A stretch of 61,527 bases of DNA, the filler included, from Choristocarpus tenellus KU-1152 (lineage: Eukaryota; Protista; Phaeophyceae): NCBI GenBank assembly GCA_964200185.2. It is 12 parts of 12 records of this genome, joined end to end, with 100 filler letters (N's around TTAATTAATTAA, not from the genome) between each part and the next. Parts side by side here need not be neighbours in the genome. Positions count along the whole stretch, not along the records: positions 12,787 to 18,019 come from CAXNAD020011409.1; positions 18,120 to 23,662 come from CAXNAD020010465.1; positions 23,763 to 30,233 come from CAXNAD020008069.1; 9 more parts are not named here. One strand, 5' to 3'. The translations under genes and the position numbers were made by a program. The notes under the pieces were generated by a model. That model was not told the DNA's origin and ran no database searches. It saw only the letters and a list, made by a program, of their open reading frames with translations. Shown here piece after piece: positions 13,649-27,000 of this stretch. The first letter of the stretch is position 1. Each line of letters begins with the position of its first letter.

Positions 13649-15727
13649 TCTGCAGTAGTGGTAACTGCATAGATGCTTGTCGACCTTGCCTCCTGCTGTC
13701 TTCCATTCTGTTTGATGTGTGGACGTAACACATCGGCAAGATTATTGCATCTTTTTTGTTTTATTTTGAAAAACTACGTTTTTATTTTTTTTAGGTAGGT
13801 TTGGTTCTTGTACTTTTTTTGGTTCATATATAAAATCAATTATTTGGTTGTTGATTATGTGTTTGTAACATAGATTTGCCCTTAGGGAGGTGCTGATGTT
13901 GCTGTGGATCACAGTTCACCGTGCTAGCCCGAAGGGATGCTTCCTGAATATGAGGGTCTGGAACACCAGCAGTGGGCAGAAACAAGTCTGTCCAGTAATC
14001 TCCAATGTAAAGTTGTATTACTCCCACCCACCCAAGGTGTTAAATCACCTGAACGATGGTTTTTGTGTGTCTTTTTTATATGTGTGAAAAGATATGTATT
14101 TTTGAGGTCATTCATTCATTCATTCACTTTTTTTCATTTTTTTTTCCTTGTGCTTCTTGTGAATGCGGTGGTGCAGTGTATGCTCTAGGTAGTGTCTTGT
14201 TCCGGGTCATGATGATACCATCCACTCTCTATTGGTCTGGTAGTCGATAGTCGATCATAAATCGAAACATTTTTTCGAGAGGTTGATCTTTTTAATGCTT
14301 GTAAGCTTGCGCAGCATGGTTTTGCTTTTGAATTTAACCTGCACCCGTATGTGCGCTGATGCCGCATTCACCGTTTGATTCGGTTAACTTCATAGGGTCT
14401 TTTAAAACCCAATTAATAATGATAACACTCATGAATTATTTCTCCTTACAATACTACTACTACTACCTCAAAGAGTCACCTTTTTTTGTGTGTGCTAAGA
14501 GGTTTTCCTGCTGGGAATCAAGCTTGCTCATGTTTCGTGGAGGAGTAATGTATAAAAATTGGCTGACCTATTGCACCCTTGAGGACACACACACGTGGGG
14601 GGGTACTATAATCTGGGATGTGTATAGCTCTCCTAAATACTGTTGACTTCCGATTTTCCTGTGAGGTGCTGGAGATTGCTGGTTGAATTGATCGTGTGTT
14701 GGGAGGTTTACAAGTGTGTTCTATGGTGTGATGTATACTGATGAGATTATCAAGGGAGTTGATATCCATAATATCTCCAGCTCCTGTTGAAGTTAGTTCT
14801 GATTGCGCTGTTGACTAAACCACAATCAACCCTGTTGTCATCCCTGTTTGGGTCATTGTACTCTGATTGTTGTACTTTTGCGGGTTTTCACTGTACACAA
14901 CAGAATATATGAGATGACATTCGAAAGTATCCTCAGATTTTTGAATGACATTCCATGAGTCTCATCGTGTGATGAGGTAGGGTAGTGAAACCACACAATA
15001 ACTCAAGCAATTGGTGTGGCTGGGGGTGGGTTGTTTCCTTTCTCTGTTGCTGCATGGTCATGGCTGTGTGTGTATTTACATCTATTCACATCTATTCACA
15101 TCGATCATATTTGGGCATTAGCAAACTTTTTTTGTCGCTTTTCAAATTTCGACTCTTGTGAAATGAGAGTTTAAAATATGAAACATACACTTTTTGACAT
15201 ACGTGTATCTTTTTTCTGATTTGTCTATTTTATGTCTGGGTTAAGAATGTCAAGGAGGAATACTATCAATACTGCAAATACTGCTGTGTGTGCTATTCTT
15301 CCCCTTTGTACTATTGGAAGGAATCATTATCGGTACTATTACCAAAACAGAGGAATTCTTGAATCCCGAGCGATGTGGTTAGGATTAGGACCAATGGACA
15401 AATAGAGCTTTTCCGATATTGTTGAAGTTTTGTAAGAGGTTGGGTGGGGGACAACATGAGAATTTCTGTTGCCACCAGAATTTCTTCCTGACTGAAGTGA
15501 TAGGAGCCCGTCCAAACAAGACTCAATCTGAGATGGTTTCGATCATTTGTGTGTATCTCTTGTGTGGCATTTTTGAGGATGGAGGCAAGAAAGGGTAAGT
15601 GGTTTGTGGTACTATGATGTTTGTTTGCATTTTGAGGGGCGAGTTTGTCCGCTCCCTCTTCCACCATATCATGGTCTGCATTATCACTTACGGCATGTAT
15701 GTAGTAGCAGGAGTAGTAGTAAGGAGA

Positions 15728-16001
15728 GAGTGAAAGTATCTTAGAGGGTACGAGTTTTTCCCTTTTTGTCCGTTGTTTGTGGCTTGGCTTCCCACGTTTT
15801 TTTTTAATGACATTTTTCTATTCCGAAATGTTTGGGAGTAGGTAAAATGTGTACGTTTTTGGAATGGGTATCATGTGTATGTCTGGAACAAGGATATTGA
15901 CAATTCCTATCAAACACAACAGTCAAAATTACATCAAAATCGCAACATTGGATTTTGGCTCCCAAATGGATGCGGCTCTACCGTCTAATATACTTTGACT
16001 C
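15728..16001. mobile_element. MITE family B (~255 bp), reverse orientation
   Basis: GAGTGAAAGTATCTTAGAGGGTAC...CTACCGTCTAATATACTTTGACTC. Confidence 0.9.
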
Positions 16002-16300
16002 AGTCAGACCTTGAACCATTCCTTAACTCTAACAGAATAGATTTCATCATATTGACTTCTACTCACCATTTTTTTGATGGATACAACAAATTATTAGTAC
16101 CACAAACACCTTACAATTGATACTACTAGAACGCAAAAAAAATATAAGATGATGATGGCAGTTGAAACATGTTGCATATGGGATGCCTTGTTGTGGTAAG
16201 GAATCGAATGAGTGATGATGGTAGTGTGATGTTGTCACTGGTTTTGTGGTGGTATGAAATGAGAGGCATGAGGTCAAGCACCACCAACAACGACCAATAA

Positions 16301-17072
16301 CAGCCGATTTCAAAAATTGAGGATGGAGCTTTTCATTGAGGATGAGCTTGACCCAAAATTGACTGGGATAAAGTGTCGATATGTTTAAAAAGAAATCACA
16401 TACTATATTCGGATTTACAACTTCAAGTCAAACTATCTTAGAGGGTACGAATTTTTCCCTGTTTGTCCATTTGTGGGACTTGGCTTCCCATGGGTTTTTT
16501 AATGACATTTTCCGACTCCAAAATGTTTCGGAGTAGGTAAAGTGTATACATTATGAAAGGTGCGTCCAAAACATAGATGATATTGACACTTCCTAGCAAA
16601 CACGATAGCCAAAATTACATCAAAATCTCAACATTGTATTTTGACCCCCAAATGGACGCGACTCTACCCTCTAAGATACTTTGGCTCTTGGTTAGTTTTT
16701 GGTGGATGTGACCTATCTATTCCTTTCTTGTACAAACCACATCACCCTTTCATAAATATTTATAACTACTGGAAGAAGACGTATGTATGTATTATTGTAT
16801 AATACAATACGTAGTGTACCATACATAATATAAGCATACCAAAACCGTTACCAGCTCCCCCAGGGGGGCCAGTCTGTCCTTATACCTTTGGCTTGACCTC
16901 CGCAACAAGCACCGAAATCTTTTTCAACAATAATATATTCCATTCAAAAAGGGGCCCTTAAAAAGTGCCGCACAACATTTTACAAAAAAACTTATGGGCA
17001 CTTTCTGCACACCATTTTGGGTCAAACTCATCCTCCATGAAATGCTTCATCCTCAATTTTGCCGAGAGGCTG
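16301..17072. mobile_element. Non-autonomous TIR element (family C) with ~60-bp inverted ends, containing a nested MITE B
   Basis: CAGCC..CAAAAATTGAGGATGGAGCTTTTCATTGAGGATGAGCTTGACCCAAAA at the left. Its near reverse complement ends GGCTG at the right. A third copy of the end lies at 41187-41275. Confidence 0.65.
16425..16687. mobile_element. MITE family B, reverse orientation, nested in family C element
   Basis: AAGTCAAACTATCTTAGAGGGTAC...CTACCCTCTAAGATACTTTGGCTC. Confidence 0.9.
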
Positions 17073-17189
17073 TTCAAGGTATATGGTTGAAGCAATCATG
17101 CAAGGTGTCCATTGTGGTTCTTGGTGTCTTGTGCTCCATCACGATTTCCAAGGCCATCCCCATGCATCCGCTTGGAAGGGCCATCTGGC

Positions 17190-17740
17190 CCCTGTTGAAG
17201 ACACATCCCAATCATCCACCCTCCTTCAATCTGGTCCCTTCATACAGATGGTCCAGCTCCTCACAGAACGTGCGAAATATCCTGGTCACCGCTATAAAAA
17301 CGTGAAAACGAGTTTTCCATGCTATCCATCCATCGGTCTTCCCGTTCCACACAGATACCTCATATCTGTACGTTGAATCCCTGCTCCTCTGAGGTGTTGT
17401 TGTTGTACCTGTTGCTCCTGTTGTGCTGGCTACCTTATTGCAGCCAGCCCTCCTTGCTGGGCCAACACAACTTCTGCAGTCTTAACTAATGCCAACACCA
17501 GACGGTCCCCTAGCTGTGCCTCAACCCTCTTTGCTACTCTTGATTCAACGGCTGGCCTCAATTTCTGTCGCCATATTTTGGTCATCCCCTGAAACCATGA
17601 CGTCCCTGACTCTTCCTTCCACTGCTTCCTCAAATCAATTAGTTCACGTAGTACCACCTGGTCTGTAGTGCACTTTATGGAAGATGCCTTGTTTAGAAAC
17701 GTGTTTGCATGGTACCAAAAAGTTTGCTGCTTCACCAAGA
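17190..17740 (-). pseudogene. Possible decayed Copia-type gag N-terminus
   Basis: YEVSVWNGKTDGWIAWKTRFHVFI resembles the Copia gag FxGxxxYxxWKxRF pattern. Stops and frameshifts present. Resemblance by eye only. Confidence 0.35.
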
Positions 17741-18288
17741 AGACGATGATGTAGAATGTGCTCTAGTTCTATCCTGAAGGGGGGGTAGTTCTAAACTCCA
17801 AAATCACGCTTTCACGCAATTCAGTAGATACAATTAAATCATTTCCAAGCATGTTACGTCAACATCACTATATTTCAATGTCCTGATGCATCACTAATAT
17901 ATCATACTATACAGATTATCTTACTACATACTCAGTACATAATTACTATGCAAATTACCTTGGGAGGTAATGCTATTTGTTAGTAGTGAAGATAAGAAGG
18001 TGTGAAGCCTCACACAGATNNNNNNNNNNNNNNNNNNNNNNNNNNNNNNNNNNNNNNNNNNNNTTAATTAATTAANNNNNNNNNNNNNNNNNNNNNNNNN
18101 NNNNNNNNNNNNNNNNNNNCCCTCCCAGATACTTTGGGTCATCACAATGGTGTCATGTTTCTGTGATTGCCGTGCAGAAAACACTACGAGCATACATAAT
18201 CCAAACCCTTTTCTAATTTCAGCAAGACCAAGGTCATATCTTCACCCCCCACCCCTCACTTGATACTGTGCAGTTGATATTAACATAG

Positions 18289-21200
18289 TACAGTAGTTTT
18301 CTGTGCTGAGTGAACCAAAATTGTGCCAATGAGCGAGCTGCCACCCAAGACCTGAGGATGTCCTCATTTGAACATGCGATATTTGCTGACCTTCTTTGAG
18401 CTATTGAGGATTGCGCTACAGGAGCAGAGTTTGGTCAGAGAGAGCATCACACAGAGAATGGGGTACCATCAATCGTTTTGCGTCTCATTCCCTACCAAGA
18501 GTTACAACATCTTCTAAACCGAAAACTGCAGGAAACAATGATTGGGCATCCGCTATATGTTCCCCATTGTGCACGCAAACGCCTGCTGGTGCTGGCAGAG
18601 TTAATTCACCGTCAAATGAGGCTCGAGGAGGAAAATAACAAGACGGTCATTGATGTGGGTGTGCCTTCAGGTCAACCTCAGTTCTATCTTCAGGGATGAC
18701 ACATCAGTTGTACTATACTCAACACATTTGTCCTGTATGTGGTCGGAGTTGCATCTCTGAGTATCACCTGAGAAAAAGAGCAGCAGTCACCTTGTCAAAG
18801 ACTCACAACCGTACATACAATATCTGGGATGGACGGCTCCACTGATGAGGGCATAACGTTTGAATAAAGAGGTGGTTTGTTGTGAAATTTGATGATTGGA
18901 AGCAGTAGAAAAGGTCATTCTTGGCCGTGGGGAAGTAGATGCGAAAGTACCTCTTTCTTTTATTTCTTACCCAGAGCAAATACTCTAAACCTAACCCTAA
19001 ACACACACACACACACACATTCCTGTAACTGACAACATTCACTACCACTATCCACCTTTCACCCGCTGCCTGCATTAACATGGGTATCTGCACAGATCAT
19101 TAATGAAAATGAAACCACTGCAGAAAAATTCACAACAGATGGCTCCATATTTTATGACACCAGGGCTGAGATGAATGCTGCTTGGCAGGAGCTTCAGGGT
19201 AGGCAAAAGGTGGGTACAAGGAGGGACGACCATTGGTGGTGACTGATAACAGAGGACGTTTTGAAAGGATTGTCTAGAGGGCAGTTACTGGGACAAATGG
19301 GACATTTGGTGTTTTTTGTTGAGTGAAGTACTTCGTACATCTTATTGGGGGGCAAGGAGATTACTTTGAAGTTTAATCAACATAACCACTTGTTGGTTTA
19401 GTACTTGAGGTTTCAATGGCCATATCATGGTGAATAAGTCCAAAGATGTATGGGGCGATCTGTGCCATCTCTCTTCAAAGCTCCTTGTATTGCAGTTGAA
19501 GCCTGTGTGTGGGTTTACAAAGTGAAGGTCAGAGCCATGTACTGGAGAAGTACACATGAAAGGCAAAATAGAGACATATGCTGAGTGTTCGCAAGTGGAA
19601 GAGGCAGCAATGATGGCACCAAATGGTCTCAAGACAACCTGCAACATATGTTATGCCTGAAGTGAACGAAAAATGTTTGCCACAAGGGTTAAACCTTGCA
19701 AAGTACTCTAGAGTCCTTAGTAGTTGGTTTCACCCCCCTCCCAAGCAATTTGTGGTCAGCATTTACCAGGTGATGCAAACAATACCCTGGTAACATATAG
19801 TACCTCTTTACAGAATCGGTCTAACACTCTACAGTCGTGTACACCAAACCATCCGCTTCTTCTGGAAGTCTGGTGCTGGAGTGCAATCAATGATGCCAAT
19901 CCACAAGCCAAGAAATGCTGCAAAGGAAAAGGTGAGAGTGCTGCGCGTCACACTTTTACAATCCATATAAGACTTTGACAGACCCAAAGTATCTTAGAGG
20001 GTAGAGCCGTGTCCATTTGGGGTCAAAATACAATGTTGCGATTTTGATGTAATTTTGGCTATCGTGTTTGTTATGAAGTGCCAATATCTATGTTTCGGAC
20101 ACTCCTTCATAATGTATACATTTTACCTAATACGAAACATTTTGGAGTCGGAAAATATCATAAAAATACCCACAGGAAGCCAAGCCCCACAAATGGACAA
20201 ACAGGGAAAAAATCGTACCCTCTAAGATAGTTTCACTCACATTTGTGTGAAGGTAGTGGTGCTATTTCATGCTCACTCATCAAATATTAACCAAGTCTAT
20301 ACAAATTCAAAATATAGTAATCAGGCGTGCAATGTGCCTGGCTTGTCCTAGATGATGAATCAATCTTGAACATTCGCCTACATTTCAAATCATAGCTCAG
20401 GGCATCATACCTGTGCCAAACAAAGTGGGACACCCCCCCCCAACCCTGATCCCTCTGCTATGACTTTGCATGTGTGTTAATATAGCTTTACAGAGATATT
20501 GACAGGGCTATTGCATTAGCTGCAGCTGGTTTGACCAAACCTGGTGACTTGCTGGCAATCTCAACTCGAGGTTCTAGGACAGGGGGTGCAGGAGATGAAC
20601 ACCGGCCAGGGTTATGCTGTATGAAGCACACCTACATGATTGAACGAAGCACTGTGAATATGGTTGAGGCTGATGTGAACGACACCATGCATGAGGTTTG
20701 GCAGTTGTCTGAGTAACATCAATTTACAAGTAATTGCACAAGCATCTACCTTAGAGGTCTATACTCTGACATCACTACTACTGATAAACTTGGCTCTACT
20801 TGTTTGTGTTGATATCTGCCCTCTCCGCAACAGGCTCACATATTGTCATCTGGCCATTCAATAAATGCCATCCTGAGTAAATGTCTTTGTGATTGTGCTC
20901 CTACCCCAGGCAGAGCTAGAGATTCAAAAATGCAATAGATATATGCCGATATATTACACAGATATATATATATATATATTTATATGTATATATCAGGGGT
21001 TTTCTGAGTAGGCCATATCTTCTCCATTTGAAATGCTGGAAATAGTAGCAATGTGTTGTGTGTTTGAATGGGGAGATCACACCAGATTTCGCCACTTCCC
21101 CCAGTGGTGACCCCAAGCGTTTAAGAAGGTAGAGGAGTTTTGCCCTGTGTGTCCGTTCAGGGCTTGGTTCCCACTGTTTTTTTATGCCCTTTTTCGGTTT

Positions 21201-22106
21201 TCTCTGTGAATACAGTTACCTAAAATGTATACGAATATGAAAGATGTGCCCGGAGCATGGATATTGACACTTGCCTATAAGCACGATACCCCAGATTCAT
21301 CAAAATTGCAACATCGGGTTTATGATTCTGAATGGATGCATCCCTACCCTCTTGTGTGCTTTGGGTCAGTATATTTTGCAGTACTTATTTTCTTTGATTT
21401 TGAAAATAAGGCACAATACACCTTACTCTCACTCACTCACATCCGTCTCACATACGACTTGGTTATAAATGATAAGGTGCTCACCATAGAAGAAGTTTCC
21501 TCTTCGAGGCATGCTATTTTCCAAACTGAAGTATGGGATACTTGAGACTTAAGCTGAAATAAACTGTTCTTATTCCTGACACCCGACAGTACATAACATG
21601 CAAGTATTAATCCTTGATGAAAATAGGATCTATAGGTTTCACTACCAAACATCTCACAGTGCTCTGGGGTGCAAAAAAGTACTCTGATGCTCTGAGGCCA
21701 TGTACAAACTGGAAGAGCGTTCAAAAGATGAAACTCTCAACCACTCTAACGCACATCTGACCACCACTACCTTCATATTATTACACCCAATATTAATAAC
21801 CCATTACCAACCCTGAAGGTGGACTCCCTACTGGAAAATGTTGATCATTTAAAGAATGGCATCGTGGGGTTGGAAACAGCACGATTGGCGATTAAATCGG
21901 CGTTTGAGCGCAGCCGACTACCTTCTCCGAGGGCTACAGACGTGACTGGATTGTTGGATGATGCAACCTTGGACGAAGTTGGTCAGCAGTTTGACAGAAG
22001 AAAGCTGAAGGTGGCGATCAGGTCCAAGGTCTATCAGAAGTTATGCTCGAGATCCGGGATCTTGCTTCCAGCTCAAGGAAGCACAAGAGTGAATGCTTTG
22101 GGATAG
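18289..22106 (+). CDS. 3' part of an unidentified spliced gene, possibly pseudogenised (two in-frame TGA in first visible exon)
   Basis: Phase-compatible exons 18289-18654, 19096-19198, 19801-19931, 20486-20695, 21819-22106 (TAG). They read ...NKTVID|IINENET...WQELQ V|PLYRIGLTLYSRVHQTIRFFWKSG...AKEK|LYRDIDRAIALAAAG...TMHE|VDSLLENV...NALG*. No family recognised. Confidence 0.6.
19981..20238. mobile_element. MITE family B, intronic, ACA target-site duplication
   Basis: aca-GACCCAAAGTATCTTAGAGGGTAG...TACCCTCTAAGATAGTTTCACTC-aca. Confidence 0.92.
21109..21367. mobile_element. MITE family B, diverged subfamily, reverse orientation
   Basis: Degenerate TIRs GACCCCAAG...CTTTGGGTC. Internal reverse-complement similarity to 10865-11118. 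Confidence 0.7.
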
Positions 22107-23762
22107 TCAAACCCTATCCTTAACCACTTGACACTAATCCTTCTTACTGAATACTCTTGATCAAGACGTGCATAGGTCTAGCTCGCACAGGGATGTCAAC
22201 TGCTCAATTCCTTTTTGCCATCCCTGAAAAACGTGTAATATTCTGATACGGTTATACAAAGTAGGCACTACATTCTCTCTTCCATGTACCTATCCATCAT
22301 GCTCTTCGCAAAACGGTGTAGGATAACACTTGATCCTAATTCCAAGTGCCTGCGTTAGTGCCAGTCCCAGTACTCGATCGACAGTGGGGAACATGTAGCC
22401 AACACCCACGGAATGCTGACTCCACAAATAAAGAATGCCAGGGGGTTCTGCGTTGCTAGCTCTACAGCATTTAGTCGTTTGTTCATTGCGGTTGCAAGCC
22501 ACAATAGACAATAAATACTCCGCTAGTACTTAGTTGGGGTTACACTTTAATGAACCTTGCAGCATGTTGTACATTTAGTCAGCCAAAGTATGATGCGATA
22601 GAAGTTTGCCTGAAAAACGTTATGGAGAACAGTGCTCCAACGACTAAAAAAATGCCCGCGATTCATAACAGGCAAGGTTGAGGGGTGAAAAGCTGAGCAC
22701 GAAAGTCAATTATTTCACTACATACAAAACAGTTGGTGTGTCACATTGAGTAATTGTTACAAACATCCTACAACAACACTTGTCCTCTTTTCCCCAACGT
22801 CAGTCATGGACACCCCACCTCATTCTAAGTCTCCATTGTGGGTATCACAGAATGAGGAAAGAAAGGTTCACACAGAGACAAGATGGATTTATCACCCCCC
22901 TCCTACCATATCTGCGCCTCTCTGTAGTAGCTTTTTTCTGGGAGAAGTATAATAATAGCAGTAGATGGATAATAGAGATTTGGTTCTCTGGCTTATACTT
23001 GCTGTTGTTGCTCTTATTTGGTAGTATTATAATACTCAAAGTTGAGTACATGTACTGAATAGTATTTAAAAGTGTCTTGAGATACATATTCTGTGCATAT
23101 ATACACGTTTCTCGAAATACATACATGAATTATAGTCTCCTTAAAGCCACTTCCGTCTGTTTTACGTTTTGGGGTTCTCCTTGCACACTCTGCCTAAGTG
23201 CACCTGCTGCTGATCAGCAGGATAATCTGTGGCTGGGTAAACTTGGAGTAATTATTAATGTCGTATTATTTTACCACTAATTCCGATTTGTCCTCTCCTT
23301 CTTGCCTTGTGTTCCCTACTCCCCACGACGCAACACCCTGCCCACTGCATACAGCACTCTTCTTTCTTGCAAACACCCTTCGCACATGGCTCTTTGTAGG
23401 CCAAGTCATATATATATATATATATGTTTTGTTCCTTTTGAACCACCCCTTCGAAAGGAACAAGATTATACTTTGACTAGGCTACTCGGATTAGGCCAGA
23501 TGTGAACTAATTTTGATGGTATCCTATGACATTTGGGACACAATCCCAAGGGAAATAAGGGGATACCTTCGTCATTGTTAGAAGTGACTGGGTAATTTGG
23601 AACTGTATTCCCAGTGAAACCTACTCGGAGTAGGGCAAAGTATCTGGGGGGGTTGTGAGGGGNNNNNNNNNNNNNNNNNNNNNNNNNNNNNNNNNNNNNN
23701 NNNNNNTTAATTAATTAANNNNNNNNNNNNNNNNNNNNNNNNNNNNNNNNNNNNNNNNNNNN

Positions 23763-23885
23763 GTGCCGGAACATGAATATTGACACTTCCTAACAAACAT
23801 GATAGCCAAAATTACATCAAAATCGTAACATTGGATTTTGGCCCCCCAAATGGACTTGGCTCTACCCTCTAAGATACTTTGGCTC
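23763..23885. mobile_element. MITE family B, truncated at contig start
   Basis: Ends ...CTACCCTCTAAGATACTTTGGCTC. Confidence 0.88.
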
Positions 23886-24000
23886 AATATGTGGTCAACG
23901 TTTAGGTATCCTAACCGTCCCGCCCCAATATCCCCTCCCCACCCCCGTCCACTTCCCCAATGACAACCAATCATGCGACCCTGCACAAAAATCAAAATAG

Positions 24001-27000
24001 GGAGACTTCAAGGGAATGCTACAATCCCAGCTTGGGCATTACGGCACTCAGGAGCTTGCCTCACTCAGAGAAACATTCATGTCAAAGCTGGATGCCCTCA
24101 GGGCTGCATCCATAATGCCCTTGATGATAGAAGGTGCCAGTGAATCCTTTTTGGATGAAAACGAGGAAGAGACAAGTGTCAAGGTGTGTTCACACATGCG
24201 GCAATCGGAAGAAGGGAGGGAGGAATTGAAGATGAGGAGGAAAGGGTGTGTGACACTGTGTGAGGCCTTCAGCCTACTTTGACTTCCAATCTACACTGAA
24301 GCGACATGGAGTGGCGATATGAATTGTGCATGAGAATCAAGGAGGTTGAAACTCCTGTGAAATCAAAAGTATTGAGACTGTTTCACATTGAACGAGCAAC
24401 TCCTAGTGAAGACAACCCACACCCCATGATTGTTACTCGGAGTAACTGATAATTCTGAGACCTCTGCATGTTCAGTCCAGATCCTCCGCCACCTCTTGTC
24501 ATCCAAATAAGTGGAAAACCTCTCTTTCACCAATAAGCACTATATCTCCCCTTGGGGAGTGAAAATATTCGTGCAGACTGTAGATGCAGAAACTCTATGT
24601 TTCTCCAAGCAAACGGAACCTGAGGTCTCAGAGCCCAAGGTTACTACCCCCCCTACGCCAAAGTCCCTTCCAGCATCCAACAGCTTCAGAGGCATGGCAG
24701 CACTGAGGAGGATTGATTCTGGTATACTAAAAGCAGAGGCAGACAAAGAGCTTCAGGTAGAGAATGATAAGTCATTTCAGTTATCTAACTACTCCCACAC
24801 CAGTAGTGGTTACCTTTTTCACGCTAAGCAAACATAGGCTCACCTTCCATCGTTTGTGAATCATCTGTTCAGTCACGTTCCATGCATTGCACGAAGTAAG
24901 GTACAATGGCATGCTGACTCAATCAATGTTCACTACTTCTTACATGTAATTAGTAACTTCACACACATTTCGTGTCTCATTTTTAGAAATTTCAATTGGA
25001 TTGGTGTTGTCTTGGACTGGCAAGATCCATTCACTCAGAGATTAAGCTAACTAATAGTATGATGCAGGTTTCTCTTTGGTTGTAACCCTATGCTCTAAAC
25101 CTGAAGTAACTCCTCCACGCCAAAATTCACTAAATTCCATTCCTGTACATGCATCAATCACACACACAATCACTGTTGTACTCTACTGGTGTTTAAAGAG
25201 AATCCATAGGTAACACTAACATAGTAGGAAACAGCCACCGCCTTTCATTCACACACATACTCCTTATGATTGCTTTCAGTTGTACCAATCTGAGTCCAGC
25301 CAAGTGCCTAAGTCACTCACAACAATAAGTACAACCAGGGTGGATTGGTTTTTGTGGCCAGGTAGAGCATACTGAACGGTTGGCAACAAGGGAGAAATGT
25401 AACCTGAGTTAAATGCATTGAAGCCCGAAACACCACAGGGTCTGTCACTTTTATTCAGTGAAACCATCTTGGGTTGCAAGGAGAGAGGAGGGCTTTTCTT
25501 TGCACTTCATTTATGTTATAAAACAATTTTTCATGTGCGTTTAATGCTGGTGAAAGCAGCAACCAGCATAAGTTGTGTCCGCAAAGCTCCAGAAGCCCAC
25601 CCCTCCTTTTAGTTGACATAATACCCCAGGCAATGCTAAATTTCCTGCTCAACCTGCCCGGTTCTTCTCATTTTCGTTCTCACGGACAAATCTTGGTCTC
25701 AAGGAATTACTATCAAGGCAACAAAGAGAACTAGAAGAGGAACGAAGAAGGCAAGCAGAGGCCATACAGGAGCTGGACCTGACTATTCGAGACCTAGAGG
25801 ATCAAATTGAGAAGAGGCAACATGCTCTGTCAAAAGTGAAGGATGAGGTGAATGGTAGGGATTCTACAAAGCAATGCACACAGGGCTTTCAAGATTGAAC
25901 ATGGACCTAAGAAATACTTCGAATTACACACAGTCAACCCCTTGCACATCTCCTAGTACATCCTGCCTCCTTCTCCCCTTTCTCTCCCCCAACCTATCCA
26001 CTCCTGTCTTGACCACAACTCAATTCATGCCCTGCACCTGCCCTAAGCTGTTAAGATCCCTCAATTTCTCTATCAAATTATTCTTGTTTAGTAAGCTCTT
26101 GTGTCTCCTTTCTCTCCTGTCTCCATGGGACTCTCCCGCTCCCAGGGGGAGATTGCAATGAACCAAAGAACCAAACTCCAGTCCCAATTGACGCATGGAC
26201 AGCTAAGGCAATCAGCCAAAGATAAACTCATAGAAGAAATAGCGTCACTAAAGGGAGCCGTTGCAGGAGAGCGAGCAAAGCTCAACCTCCTCAAGGAGGC
26301 GCTTGAGGCAATGAAGGGCACACTCGAGGAGGTAAGGCTATCACTGCTGGGTCCAGGTTTCTTACTTTCCACTGTCACCCACAGATCCTGTACATCTGTT
26401 CAGGAATTGTGTGGTGCTTCTCCAACACCCTCTTCTTATAATAGAAGTTTGCGGGTAGGGAGAGTATATCGCTCTCCCTTTTTCTCGTTCTCAATCTCAC
26501 AAAGGCTCTCAAACTCTGCACTCCCAACCATACCAGCGTGTTGAAAAGCAGTCCAAATGTGAGGCGGACCGCAAGATGCGCCTTGATTCGTTGCAGAAGC
26601 AGACCGATGGAGAGATGGAAGAGCTTTGGAGCATTTTTGAAACCGCCAACAAGGAGACAGAGGAGGAATGGGGCAAAGAACGGAATGCACTCGAGAAAGA
26701 TATCACAAAGCAGGTACAGGAGCCCCCGAGCTGAGTATGGGTTTCTCTGAGTTGCAAGAGTGAGATGAACTTTGGAAGGTCCTCATATCTTGCTATATGT
26801 ATGTATGTGATCGCAGTGTACTTGGCTGTAACATGAGGTAGTGTAGTAGGCACAATAGTAGAGCATGGATGTACATTGGCGTACTTGTGCAACTGCAATT
26901 TACAAGTAACTTACCATTGCACTTGGAATTCTATATTCTGAAATTGACTTGCTTCAGTCACTTTTAGTACACTACGACCAAGGTATGTTCTGGAGTGCGA

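Noticed and set aside
14209-14359. Box C/D snoRNA (ATGATGA...CTGA) in a locally CpG-rich patch
   Set aside because: No terminal stem or recognisable rRNA guide, and such short boxes occur by chance.
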